Source: Candidatus Hydrogenedentota bacterium (GTDB taxonomy: Bacteria; Hydrogenedentota; Hydrogenedentia; Hydrogenedentales; SLHB01). From it: 64,000 nucleotides of DNA. A program made the translations under genes and the position numbers. The DNA lies in the NCBI GenBank assembly GCA_963745075.1, contig CAVUWV010000028.1, positions 32,001 through 96,000 on the forward strand, read 5' to 3'. Positions within the stretch are counted from its first letter, which is position 1; every line of letters begins with the position of its first letter. This document shows, in pieces, positions 1 through 9,008 of this stretch. Under the pieces are notes generated by a model. That model was not told the DNA's origin. It did no database searches and was given only the letters and a program-made list of their open reading frames with translations.

Positions 1-1332
1 GAACAGCGTCTGGTCGCCTTGGCATGCGTCGAGCAACAGCGTTTCATAGGCCTTGTGCGACTCGCCGTGAAAGGCTTCGGCGTAGCTGAACCGCATGTCG
101 ACGGGGCTCAGGCGGACCTTGAGTTCCGGCCGTTGGGCCAGGAAACGCAGGGTGATGCCTTCGTCGGGTTGTATGTGCAACTCCATGCGATTGGGTGTCC
201 AGGCGTCGATGGCGGTTTGGGGAAACATCTGGTGCGGCGCGGATCGGAAATGCACGGACGCCATGGAGATGCGTTCGGGAAGACGTTTACCCGTTCGCAG
301 GTAGAACGGGACGTTTTGCCAGCGCCAGTTGTCGACGAAGAGCCTCAACGCGGCGTAGGTTTCGGCCTTCGATTCCGGGGCGACGCCGGGTTCTTGCCGA
401 TAGCCGGGGACGTCACATTCCCCCACCCTGCCCGGCCCATACTGGCCACGGACGGCGGTGCGGGACACATCCTCCTCCCGGATGGGGCGCACGGCTCGCA
501 AGACGTCGATATTCTTGCTGCGGATCTCGTCGGGGTCGAAGGAGACGGGCGGTTCCATGGCGATGAGCGAGAATACTTGCAAGAGGTGGCTCTGGATCAT
601 GTCGCGCAATGCGCCGGCGTGTTCGTAGTAGGCGCCGCGGTGCTCGACCCCCACTTCTTCCGCGACGACGATCTGGACGTGGTCCACGTAACGCCGGTCC
701 CAGATCGGCTCGAAGAATGCATTGGCGAAGCGGAACGCCAGAATGTTCTGCACCGTGGCTTTGCCGAGGTAGTGGTCGATGCGATAGATCTGACGCTCCT
801 CGAAGACGTTCCAGAGGAGCTGATTGAGGTCGCGGGCCGATTCGAGGTCGCGGCCGAAGGGTTTTTCCACCACGATGCGCACTTGCTCGCGCGGCGTATT
901 GAGCCCGGCCTTGTCGAGATGATGGACGACCATTTCGATTAGACCCGGCGGAATCGCCAGGTAGAACACGCGAACGGGGGTCTCGTCCCAGTCGCTTGCC
1001 AGTCGGTCCAGCTTGTGGGAGAGCTTCTCGTAGCCACCGGGATCGCCGAAATCCATCTTCTGATAGTCAATTGCCGAGGAGAATTCGTCCCACGCTTCGT
1101 TTAATGTCTCGCGCGCATTCGCAAACTGGTCCGCGCCGTCCCGGAGATGCTTTTGGAACTCGCTCTTTTTCATCGATTTTCCGTCGCAACCGAGGATGGC
1201 AATGTGTTTTGGGAGCCGCCCTGCGGTGGACAGGTCGAACAGCGCAGGAACCAGCTTCCGCCACGTGAGATCGCCGCCGGCGCCGAATATGACGATCTGC
1301 GTCGCTTGGGGGGGCTCGGGTGAAATCGTCAT
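1..1332 (-). CDS. zwf: Glucose-6-phosphate 1-dehydrogenase (3' end runs off the window)
   Basis: Translated by hand, as it is absent from the ORF track. ATG at 1332 gives MTISPEPPQATQIVIFGAGGDLTWRKLVPALF, and GALRDMIQSHLLQ follows later. It lies directly downstream of gnd. Confidence 0.93.
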   Translation of the reverse strand, partial: MTISPEPPQATQIVIFGAGGDLTWRKLVPALFDLSTAGRLPKHIAILGCDGKSMKKSEFQKHLRDGADQFANARETLNEAWDEFSSAIDYQKMDFGDPGGYEKLSHKLDRLASDWDETPVRVFYLAIPPGLIEMVVHHLDKAGLNTPREQVRIVVEKPFGRDLESARDLNQLLWNVFEERQIYRIDHYLGKATVQNILAFRFANAFFEPIWDRRYVDHVQIVVAEEVGVEHRGAYYEHAGALRDMIQSHLLQVFSLIAMEPPVSFDPDEIRSKNIDVLRAVRPIREEDVSRTAVRGQYGPGRVGECDVPGYRQEPGVAPESKAETYAALRLFVDNWRWQNVPFYLRTGKRLPERISMASVHFRSAPHQMFPQTAIDAWTPNRMELHIQPDEGITLRFLAQRPELKVRLSPVDMRFSYAEAFHGESHKAYETLLLDACQGDQTLF

Positions 1333-1344
1333 ACCGCTCTCTCC

Positions 1345-2748
1345 TCAGTCCGAACGCCACTGGGTGTGGAATTGGCCTTTTTGATCCTTGCGCTCATAGG
1401 TGTGGGAGCCGAAGAAGTCCCGTTGTGCCTGGATCAGGTTGGCGGGGAGCCATGCGCTGCGATACGAGTCGAAATAGGCCAGACTCGCCATCATCGCCGG
1501 GGCGGGGATTCCGAGTGTCGCCGCGGTTTGCACCACAATCCGCAGGTCGTCTTGCCGGGACATGACATCCTCGGAGAACGGCTTGGCGGTCAATAGGTTC
1601 GTCAGGTCGGGTTTCTGCTCGAAGGCGGACCGTATATGCTCGAGGACCGCGGCGCGGATGATGCAGCCACCCCGCCAGATTCGGGCGACATCGGCGAGTT
1701 TGAGCCCGTAGTCGTATGCTTCACTGGCTGCAGCCAACTGGCGCATGCCTTGTGCGAAAACGATGAGTATCGACGCGTACAAGCTCCGTTCGACGTTATC
1801 GAGCATGGCGCGGCGGTCGCCGTTCCATTCCCGCTTCGGCCCGGTCAGTACATCGGAGGCCGCTTCGCGCTCGGGCTCCAGGGCGGACATATTGCGGGCC
1901 GCTACCGCCACGTCGATGGTGGGCGTCGGAACCTGGAGTTCCATGGCGTCCTGGCTTGTCCATTTCCCGGTTCCTTTCTGTTTGGCGGCATCGAGAATCT
2001 GGTCGATCAGGGGCTCGCCGGTCTGGTCGTCCATGCGCGCAAAGATCTGCGCGGTGATTTCCATCAGAAAGCCCGAGAGCATTCCGTCGTTCCACTGGGC
2101 GTAGATATCGTGCAGTTCGCTGTCCCCCAACCCGAACCCGCGTTTCATCAGGTCGTAGGATTCGGCGATCAACTGCATGATCCCGTACTCGATACCGTTG
2201 TGAACCATCTTGACGTAGTGCCCCGCCGAACCGGGCCCCAACCAGGTAACACAGGGATCGCCGTTGACGTGCGCGGCCGCATCCGTCAGAATGCCTGAGA
2301 CGCGGTCGTAGGCGTCTTGTGGGCCGCCGGGCATGATGCTGGGGCCGTAACGTGCGCCGTGCTCGCCGCCGGAGACCCCGACACCGAGGAACCGGATGTT
2401 GCGGGACTGCATCGCGTCGGCACGCAGGTTGGTATCGGTGTAGTGGGAATTCCCGGCGTCGAGAATGATGTCGTCGGATTCGAGTTGCGGCACCAGATCC
2501 TTGATTACGGCATCGACGATGTCTCCGGCCGGCACGAGAATCAGGATAGCGCGAGGTTTCTTCAGATTCTTGACCAGATCCTCGACAGAATCCACCGCGA
2601 CGGCATCCGACTTTTCACTGCGTAACAGGTCTGCTTTTTTGGGATTCTTGTCATAGCCGACGACGCTGTGCCCGTGGTCGGCGATATTCAGCGTGAGGTT
2701 GCGTCCCATGACACCCAACCCGACCACGCCCATTTCATGCTTACTCAT
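1345..2748 (-). CDS. gndA: NADP-dependent 6-phosphogluconate dehydrogenase
   Basis: GVVGLGVMG Rossmann motif, GVSGGEHGARYGPSIMPGG, KMVHNGIEYG and QAQRDFFGSHTY. Confidence 0.97.
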   Translation of the reverse strand: MSKHEMGVVGLGVMGRNLTLNIADHGHSVVGYDKNPKKADLLRSEKSDAVAVDSVEDLVKNLKKPRAILILVPAGDIVDAVIKDLVPQLESDDIILDAGNSHYTDTNLRADAMQSRNIRFLGVGVSGGEHGARYGPSIMPGGPQDAYDRVSGILTDAAAHVNGDPCVTWLGPGSAGHYVKMVHNGIEYGIMQLIAESYDLMKRGFGLGDSELHDIYAQWNDGMLSGFLMEITAQIFARMDDQTGEPLIDQILDAAKQKGTGKWTSQDAMELQVPTPTIDVAVAARNMSALEPEREAASDVLTGPKREWNGDRRAMLDNVERSLYASILIVFAQGMRQLAAASEAYDYGLKLADVARIWRGGCIIRAAVLEHIRSAFEQKPDLTNLLTAKPFSEDVMSRQDDLRIVVQTAATLGIPAPAMMASLAYFDSYRSAWLPANLIQAQRDFFGSHTYERKDQKGQFHTQWRSD

Positions 2749-2775
2749 GATGCGTTTCCTTCCGTTCCCCGGTCT

Positions 2776-3429
2776 TCACGCGTAGTGTGTCGCGGAATGC
2801 ACGAGCGCCAAGCCGTATTCGGCCAGCTTCGCGCGGGTTGTGGCAAAGTCTTCGTGCACGATGCCGGGGATGCCAAGCTGCGAGGCCACATCCACGAACA
2901 TGGGGCGGTCGTCGATGTAGAGCACGTTCTGCGGTTCCGCCTGCGCGATATCGAGGGCGATTTGGTAGATTTCCGGGTCCGGTTTCCGGAGGTGCACGAA
3001 ACACGACGAGATGAAGAAATCGATCAGGCGGTGCAAGGCGAAGGCCTTGATGCGATGGACGGTCAACTCCCGGCCTTCGTTGCTGACCGCGGCCACGCGA
3101 AGACCGTAGCGTTTCTTGAGTTCCGTCATGAATTCGAGCATGTCGGGGTGGGGGGAAGCCTGCGAATACATGTACCCCTTGAACGCGTCCATGGAGAAAT
3201 CGCGGTGTTTGAAGAAGACGACGCGTTGCAGGTATTCGTCGAGGGTCAGTTTGCCGGCCTCGTACGTGTCGAAGGTCAGGTGATGGCGCTCCTGCATTTC
3301 GTCTACGTCCAATCCGAACTTTTGGGCGGCCCGCCGTCGGAGGGTGTGGTCCCAGCCATTGGTGAGCAGAACGCCGCCAATGTCCAGAAACAGTGTCCTG
3401 GGGGTTGGAGAGTCAGTGGTTGGTAGCAT
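2776..3429 (-). CDS. HAD-family phosphatase (HAD-IA variant 3)
   Basis: FLDIGGVLL (motif I), SN, KPDPEIY and YIDD motifs. Confidence 0.85.
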   Translation of the reverse strand: MLPTTDSPTPRTLFLDIGGVLLTNGWDHTLRRRAAQKFGLDVDEMQERHHLTFDTYEAGKLTLDEYLQRVVFFKHRDFSMDAFKGYMYSQASPHPDMLEFMTELKKRYGLRVAAVSNEGRELTVHRIKAFALHRLIDFFISSCFVHLRKPDPEIYQIALDIAQAEPQNVLYIDDRPMFVDVASQLGIPGIVHEDFATTRAKLAEYGLALVHSATHYA

Positions 3430-3529
3430 GGTTTGTATACCTCACGCGGTAAAGGCCCGCCGTCCCGCTTGCGCTTGGATCGCGGGCGGGGAGACGCGTC
3501 GTTGATGGGTCCCGGGAGCCGGGCACGGC

Positions 3530-4663
3530 TCAGGCCGCATTCGAGATGGCCTTGGACTTCTTCTTCAGACTTTCCAGCAGCGCGTCGTAGGGTTTTTCAA
3601 ATTTGTCGACGCCCTCGTCCTCTAATTGTTGCGTGACCGCATCGATATCGATGCCCACTTCGGATAGGGCGTTCAGGACATGCTCGGCCTTGTCGAGTTC
3701 GGTTTCCAGCCGCGATTCCGGCTTTCCGTGATCGCGATAGGCGTCGAGCGTGTCCGGCGGCAGCGTGTTCACCGTCTCGGGACCGATCAACGCGTCGACA
3801 TACCGCACGTCGCTGTAGTCGGGATTCTTGGTGCTGGTGCTTGCCCACAGCACACGCTGGGTGTTGGCGCCTTTCTTCGCGAGTTTTGCGAAGCCATCGC
3901 CGCCGAAGACTTCCTTGTAGATTTGATAGGCCTGCCGGGCGCTTGCGATGGCAACTTCGCCGCGGAGTTCCTTCGCCGTATTCGCTTTGGGGCCTTTGCC
4001 TTTCATGGTGTCTTCCAGTTTGGGGTCGACCAGCACATCGATCCGGCTCAGGAAGAAGCTGGCAACGGATGCGATAGAATCGATCGATTCATTCCGCTGG
4101 ACACGGTCTTCCAAGGCTCCGATGTAGGCTTCCGCGACGTTGCGGTAGCGGGGCAGTCCGAAGAGCAAGGTGATATTCACGTTAATCCCTTCGCTCAGAC
4201 ACCGCCGGATAGCGGGCAGACCCTCTTGCGTTCCGGGGATTTTGATCAGGACGTTTGGACGGTCCACGGCTTTCCAGAGCCTGCGCACCTCGGCAATCGT
4301 GCCGTCGGTGTCGTGCGCGAGATGGGGATTGACCTCAATGCTCACGAAGCCATCGCGGCCCTTTACCCGATCGAATTCCGGGCGCAATACGTCCGCCGCG
4401 GCCTGGATGTCGTGGACTGCGAGGGCCTCATAAATTTCCGGCATCGCCCGATCGGCCTCGGCCATCCTGCGAATGTCGTCGTCATAAATATCGTGGCCTT
4501 CGATGGCCTTGTCGAATATCTTGGGATTGCTGGTCACGCCGGAAACGCCGTCATCGTTTACCAAACGTTCGAGTTCTCCGCTTTCAATCAAGACCCGGTC
4601 TACGAAGTCCAGCCAGACGCTCTGACCGAGGCTCTTTACTTTGAGAAGGGGATTCTCCTTCAT
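3530..4663 (-). CDS. tal: Transaldolase (long, type-2-like)
   Basis: QSVWLD, GVTSNPKIF, NVLIKIPGT (Schiff-base Lys), ASFFLSRID and LWASTSTKNP. Confidence 0.95.
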   Translation of the reverse strand: MKENPLLKVKSLGQSVWLDFVDRVLIESGELERLVNDDGVSGVTSNPKIFDKAIEGHDIYDDDIRRMAEADRAMPEIYEALAVHDIQAAADVLRPEFDRVKGRDGFVSIEVNPHLAHDTDGTIAEVRRLWKAVDRPNVLIKIPGTQEGLPAIRRCLSEGINVNITLLFGLPRYRNVAEAYIGALEDRVQRNESIDSIASVASFFLSRIDVLVDPKLEDTMKGKGPKANTAKELRGEVAIASARQAYQIYKEVFGGDGFAKLAKKGANTQRVLWASTSTKNPDYSDVRYVDALIGPETVNTLPPDTLDAYRDHGKPESRLETELDKAEHVLNALSEVGIDIDAVTQQLEDEGVDKFEKPYDALLESLKKKSKAISNAA

Positions 4664-4754
4664 GGTTTCGCTCCTTTCCTCAATTGCCGCGATTCGTTTC
4701 AGGTGAATGCGAACCGTCCAGCGCTTTTCAGTGTGTAGCCGTCGTGCCCGGTCG

Positions 4755-6620
4755 CTATGCCGACCGCTGGACGAGCGTGTTGTGAGTCGCTGACACCAAG
4801 TCCTTCACCTTCCGAACGATCGCTTCGCTCGAGATTTCTTCGTACTCGAGCAATTTCCGGGGCTCGCCGCTGCGCGGTTTCTTGCGGACCGCCATGACGT
4901 GAATGGGAACGTTGAGGTCTGCCAATGCGGCACAGACGGCTTCGCCGAGGCCGCCTTCGGCGTAATGGTCTTCAACGGTGATCAGGGCCCCGGTTTCCCG
5001 CGCCGCTTCTTCAAGCGTTTTTTGATCGACGGGTTTCACGCTGTACAAATCGATGACGCGTATGGTAATGCCGTCGTTCTGGAGCGCGTTGTATGCGGAG
5101 AATGCCTCGTGTAAGGTGACGCCGGCGCCGATTACGGTCACTGCGTCATCCTCGGTTTGCCGAAGCACTTTGGAGCCGCCAATCGCGAACTCTTCGTCGG
5201 GACCGTAGATGACCGGTGTGCCCATCCGGGTCGTTCGGAGATAGGTGATGCCGTCGTAGTTCAAGCAGGCCTCGACCAGCCGCTCGGTGGAAACCGCGTC
5301 GCACGGATAGACCACAACGCCGTCGAGGACGGTGCGCATCATGGCGATATCTTCGAGTCCCATTTGGGATGGACCGTCTTTGCCGATGGACACGCCCGCA
5401 TGGGAGCCCGTGAATTTGATGCTGGGATTGCTGTAGCGGGCCATGCGAATCTGATCGAAGGCGCGGGTCATAAAGGCCGCGAAGGTCGAGACGCACGGGG
5501 TCTTTCCGCGCAAGGCCAAGCCTAATGCGGTGCCGACCATGTTCTGTTCGGCGATGTACATCTCGAAGAAGCTGTCGGGATGGGCCTCGCCGAATCGTTT
5601 CGCGCGGGTGGAATTGCTGACTTCTCCGTCCAGCGCCACGATCTGGGGATGGGTTCCGTACAGATGGAGCAGCGCGTTCCCGTAAGCGTTTCGTGTGGGG
5701 ACCTTATCCTGGTCCGCGTAATCGAGTAATTGCGGCTCGCCCGGAGAGGGTGTTTTTGGGGCGCGGTTCTTCGGTGCCGCGATCATGCCGCGGGCGGACT
5801 TGTCCACCTCCCCCAATTCGCCCAAGGCCTGCTCCAGTTGATCCTGATCCAAGGTCTTGCCATGCCAGCCGTTTTCGTTCTCCACGAAGGAGACACCTTT
5901 GCCCTTCACGGTGTGCGCCACGATCATGGTCGGGCGTCGCGACCGTGCGGCCTTGTCGTACGCCTCCAGTATCTTGGGGAAAGAATGGCCGTCGTCCACC
6001 TCGATGGTTTTCCAGCCGAACGCGGACACGCGTTTCGTGTAGGCTTTCAAATCGTAGCCGTACATCGTTTCACCGCGCTGGCCCAGCCGGTTCACATCAA
6101 GCACCGCGATGAGGTTGTTCAATTTGTAGTGGGCAGCGAGTTGGAGCGCTTCCCACTGGGAGCCCTCCGCCATCTCGCTGTCGCCTAGCAAGACGTAGGT
6201 CCGATATGGCAGCTTGTCCAGATACTTGGCATTGATGGCCATTCCGACGCCGATGGAGAGTCCCTGCCCGAGGGAACCGGTCGCGGCTTCGGTGAAGCGA
6301 AACCGCGGGGACGGGTGCCCCTCCAGGACGCTGTCAAACTGGCGGTACGTCATCATCTCTTCTTCCGATATCTGTCCGGCGGCCGCCCACAAGGAGTACA
6401 AAAGCGGGGACGCGTGCCCCTTCGAAAAGATGAGACGGTCATTGTTGGGATGTTCGGGCTTGTCGGGAAAGTAACGGAACGTTCCGCCGAACATGAGGCC
6501 GGTCATGAGTTCGGTTGCAGAGAGCGAAGACGTGGGATGTCCCGCGCCGGCTTTCGTCGTTGCGGTCAGGGTGTAGTACCGGATTAGTTTGGCGAGTTTT
6601 TGCAGTTCGTTTGTATCCAT
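4755..6620 (-). CDS. tkt: Transketolase (single chain, ~620 aa, short type)
   Basis: GHPTSSLS, FSKGHASP, TGSLGQG, ThDP motif GDSE..EG, IAEQNMVG and DGPSQMGLED. Confidence 0.95.
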   Translation of the reverse strand: MDTNELQKLAKLIRYYTLTATTKAGAGHPTSSLSATELMTGLMFGGTFRYFPDKPEHPNNDRLIFSKGHASPLLYSLWAAAGQISEEEMMTYRQFDSVLEGHPSPRFRFTEAATGSLGQGLSIGVGMAINAKYLDKLPYRTYVLLGDSEMAEGSQWEALQLAAHYKLNNLIAVLDVNRLGQRGETMYGYDLKAYTKRVSAFGWKTIEVDDGHSFPKILEAYDKAARSRRPTMIVAHTVKGKGVSFVENENGWHGKTLDQDQLEQALGELGEVDKSARGMIAAPKNRAPKTPSPGEPQLLDYADQDKVPTRNAYGNALLHLYGTHPQIVALDGEVSNSTRAKRFGEAHPDSFFEMYIAEQNMVGTALGLALRGKTPCVSTFAAFMTRAFDQIRMARYSNPSIKFTGSHAGVSIGKDGPSQMGLEDIAMMRTVLDGVVVYPCDAVSTERLVEACLNYDGITYLRTTRMGTPVIYGPDEEFAIGGSKVLRQTEDDAVTVIGAGVTLHEAFSAYNALQNDGITIRVIDLYSVKPVDQKTLEEAARETGALITVEDHYAEGGLGEAVCAALADLNVPIHVMAVRKKPRSGEPRKLLEYEEISSEAIVRKVKDLVSATHNTLVQRSA

Positions 6621-6791
6621 AAGATCTGACAGTCTTTCTCAGGCGGTTGTGCTTGGATGCAGTCACCAACGCTGGGAGCGTATTGCACGGGATCCTCGCT
6701 CAAGCACTGGCCTGGTTTGTACCATGGACGTTCTGGGTTGGCGGGCCTTCGACACTTCTTACCTGCCTCCCGCCGACTTACCACACGAAAG

Positions 6792-6808
6792 TGCAAGTTG
6801 GATGCCAA
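6792..6808 (-). promoter_or_regulatory. Sigma54 (-24/-12) promoter of the tkt-tal-HAD-gnd-zwf operon
   Basis: The minus strand reads TTGGCATCCAACTTGCA (GG-N10-GC, close to consensus YTGGCAC-N5-TTGCW), ~170 nt upstream of tkt. Confidence 0.7.
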
Positions 6809-7124
6809 ACGCTTGAACGCGCTGAGAGCCTTGCCGGCATTTAGGAAGGGTTTAGGAAGGTTTTTCGGATAATCTGCGCTAAAACACCGCGGATGTGGGG
6901 GCATTCGTACGGGAGCTGTAGCGAACGGGACCCTGGAGACGGCGACAAAGATATGCGGCGATTGGGAAGTTTTTACACAATCGGATATTTTCGATACTGC
7001 CCCGAAGCGTGCCGCATCTGCGGCGTTTCAATGCCCAACCGGGGTACAAGCTGCCGGACTTCTAAGAACAGGCTGCCGTGAGTCGCTTTGTATCATTAGC
7101 GGTGGTTTGACAATGTTGAAATTA

Positions 7125-7196
7125 GGATCGGGATCGGGATCGAAAGCACTTTGCGCATCCTGCGTCGATCCCGATTTCGATCCCGATCCCGATTCC
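7125..7196. repeat. Palindrome with hexamer-repeat arms (GGATCG)n ... (CGATCC)n
   Basis: GGATCGGGATCGGGATCGAAA ... TTTCGATCCCGATCCCGATTCC, downstream of lgt. Confidence 0.75.
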
Positions 7197-7264
7197 GAGA
7201 GTAATGTACGTTTCAACCATTCGCGATTGTTCTTGGTTCCAACAACCTCGATAGCGGTCCCCGC

Positions 7265-8137
7265 TCAGGGGGTCTCGGGGGGGGTGGGGTCCTCGCCGAC
7301 TTTGGCTTTTCGCAGAGCGACGAAGAGAAAGACTCCGATGACGATCGCGACGATGCTGAAGAGCTGCTGGTCGGTAAGGTTGAGCAGGTGAGTCGGATTG
7401 TGATCCCCCCGCAGCATTTCCATGAAGAAACGGAAGATGCCGTAAAGGATGAAGTACACGGCGAATATGGAGCCCTTGAAGGGGCGCCAATGGTTTCGCA
7501 GGTAAACGAGCACGACGCAGAGCAAGGCCAATCCGATGGCGCTGTACAGTTGGGTCGGGTGTATAGGGTATGACCACTGGTCGACGCTGGTGTCGAAACC
7601 GTAGCGTTGTGCGTGGTCGATATAGGCCGGCGACCCTTCGAAGGTGAAGGGCTTGGACAGATCGAAAGGGATCCGTGGAAACGAAACGCCCCAAGGCAGG
7701 TCGGTGCGTTTACCGTAACAACAGCCGTTGAGGAAGCAGCCGATACGGCCGATGCCGTGCCCCAACGCGGCATACGGCGAAAGCACGTCGAGGACGTTCC
7801 AGAATCCCATCTTGTAGCGGCGGGCGTAGAAATAGATGACCGCAAGCACCGGTGGGATCGCACCCTGAAAGACCAGTCCTCCCTTCCAGATGGCGATCCA
7901 TTCGAGGGGATGAGACCAACTGAATTGCTGGTGGAACATGATGATGTACAGCAACCGGGTGCCGGCGAGACCGAGGAGGAGGGTCCAGAAGGCCATGTCG
8001 CTGATGCGGTCGGGATCGATTCCGAACCGGGGCGCGTCGCGTCGTGCGAGGTACAGGGCGGTCAGGAATCCGATGGCCATCATCAGGCCGTAGGAGTGTA
8101 TGGGGATCGGACCGATTCTAAGCAGTGTGGGGAGCAT
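7265..8137 (-). CDS. lgt: Prolipoprotein diacylglyceryl transferase
   Basis: IHSYGLM, GGLVFQG, IGRIGCFLNGCCYG, HPTQLY and YGIFRFFMEMLR. Confidence 0.95.
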   Translation of the reverse strand: MLPTLLRIGPIPIHSYGLMMAIGFLTALYLARRDAPRFGIDPDRISDMAFWTLLLGLAGTRLLYIIMFHQQFSWSHPLEWIAIWKGGLVFQGAIPPVLAVIYFYARRYKMGFWNVLDVLSPYAALGHGIGRIGCFLNGCCYGKRTDLPWGVSFPRIPFDLSKPFTFEGSPAYIDHAQRYGFDTSVDQWSYPIHPTQLYSAIGLALLCVVLVYLRNHWRPFKGSIFAVYFILYGIFRFFMEMLRGDHNPTHLLNLTDQQLFSIVAIVIGVFLFVALRKAKVGEDPTPPETP

Positions 8138-8630
8138 CGGACTCCTTGACGCCGACAGGCGTTCGCCAGGTAATCACTAGCAGTATGACTCCAAAACAAA
8201 TCGCAACGTCGGCGAGGTTGAATGCCGGCCAGAACTTCCAGGGGAAGCGAAACGGGACAAAGTAGAAGTGGACCTGCAAAAAGTCCACGACCTCTCCCCG
8301 CACCATGCGGTCAATCACGTTGCCCACCGCGCCACCGGCTACCGCGCCAAAACCAATCGCCTGCAAGCGGGACGCCGGGCGAAGATGACGATATAAGAAT
8401 CCCAGCATGCCGGTTGCAACGAGTGGCGCGGCGAGTGCTATCGCCCGGTTGTGGGAAAACTTCCCGCCGATCAGTCCCGGGTTCCGTTCATGGGTTACGT
8501 AGAAAAACGTCTTCTCCCGGTAGGGAACCGGACGCTCCATCGTCTGCACGATCGCTGCTTTGGTCAGTTGGTCCGCGCAAACCACTAGGACGAGGATGGC
8601 GAGAACCCAACGTAATTGGTCCCGAGTCAC
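8118..8630 (-). CDS. lspA: Lipoprotein signal peptidase II
   Basis: DQLTK, NPG, GGAVGNVIDR, VVDFL and FNLAD. Confidence 0.93.
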   Translation of the reverse strand: MTRDQLRWVLAILVLVVCADQLTKAAIVQTMERPVPYREKTFFYVTHERNPGLIGGKFSHNRAIALAAPLVATGMLGFLYRHLRPASRLQAIGFGAVAGGAVGNVIDRMVRGEVVDFLQVHFYFVPFRFPWKFWPAFNLADVAICFGVILLVITWRTPVGVKESDAPHTA

Positions 8631-8639
8631 GGCATCTAT

Positions 8640-9008
8640 CTACAAGCGGCCCGATTTCTCAATCTTGGATTGGCATTCAATGCAATAGCGTGCCGACGGG
8701 AAGACCTCCAAACGCTTTCGAGGGATCTCGTTTCCGCAGCCTTCGCAGTCCCCGTACTTGCCCTCTTTGATACGGCGCAGGGCCTCGGCCACCGCTTGCA
8801 ACATTTCCGACTCACCGCTCGCGATGCTGAGCGCGGTCTCGCGTTCGAAGTTGTCGGTGCCGACTTCCGCGTAGCTGGATACGTCGGCGGTTTGATCGCT
8901 TGCGGGCTGATACAGCGTTTCTTCTTCGAGGCGCTGAATGCCCGAGACAAGCCGGTTGCGCTCTTCCATGAGCAGTTTTTCGAATTTCTTCGCATCCCGT
9001 TTGTTCAT
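8640..9008 (-). CDS. TraR/DksA C4-type zinc-finger protein
   Basis: Coiled coil plus YGDCEGCGNEIPRKRLEVFPSARYCIEC. The ATG at 9008 overlaps the ileS stop (ATGA). Confidence 0.9.
   Translation of the reverse strand: MNKRDAKKFEKLLMEERNRLVSGIQRLEEETLYQPASDQTADVSSYAEVGTDNFERETALSIASGESEMLQAVAEALRRIKEGKYGDCEGCGNEIPRKRLEVFPSARYCIECQSKIEKSGRL

Noticed and set aside
19..942. 307-aa plus-strand ORF and many other long antisense ORFs (for example 3680-4738, 10094-11554, 46314-47531, 61019-62392)
   Set aside because: These are shadow ORFs opposite well-supported genes in GC-rich DNA, with no motifs of their own.
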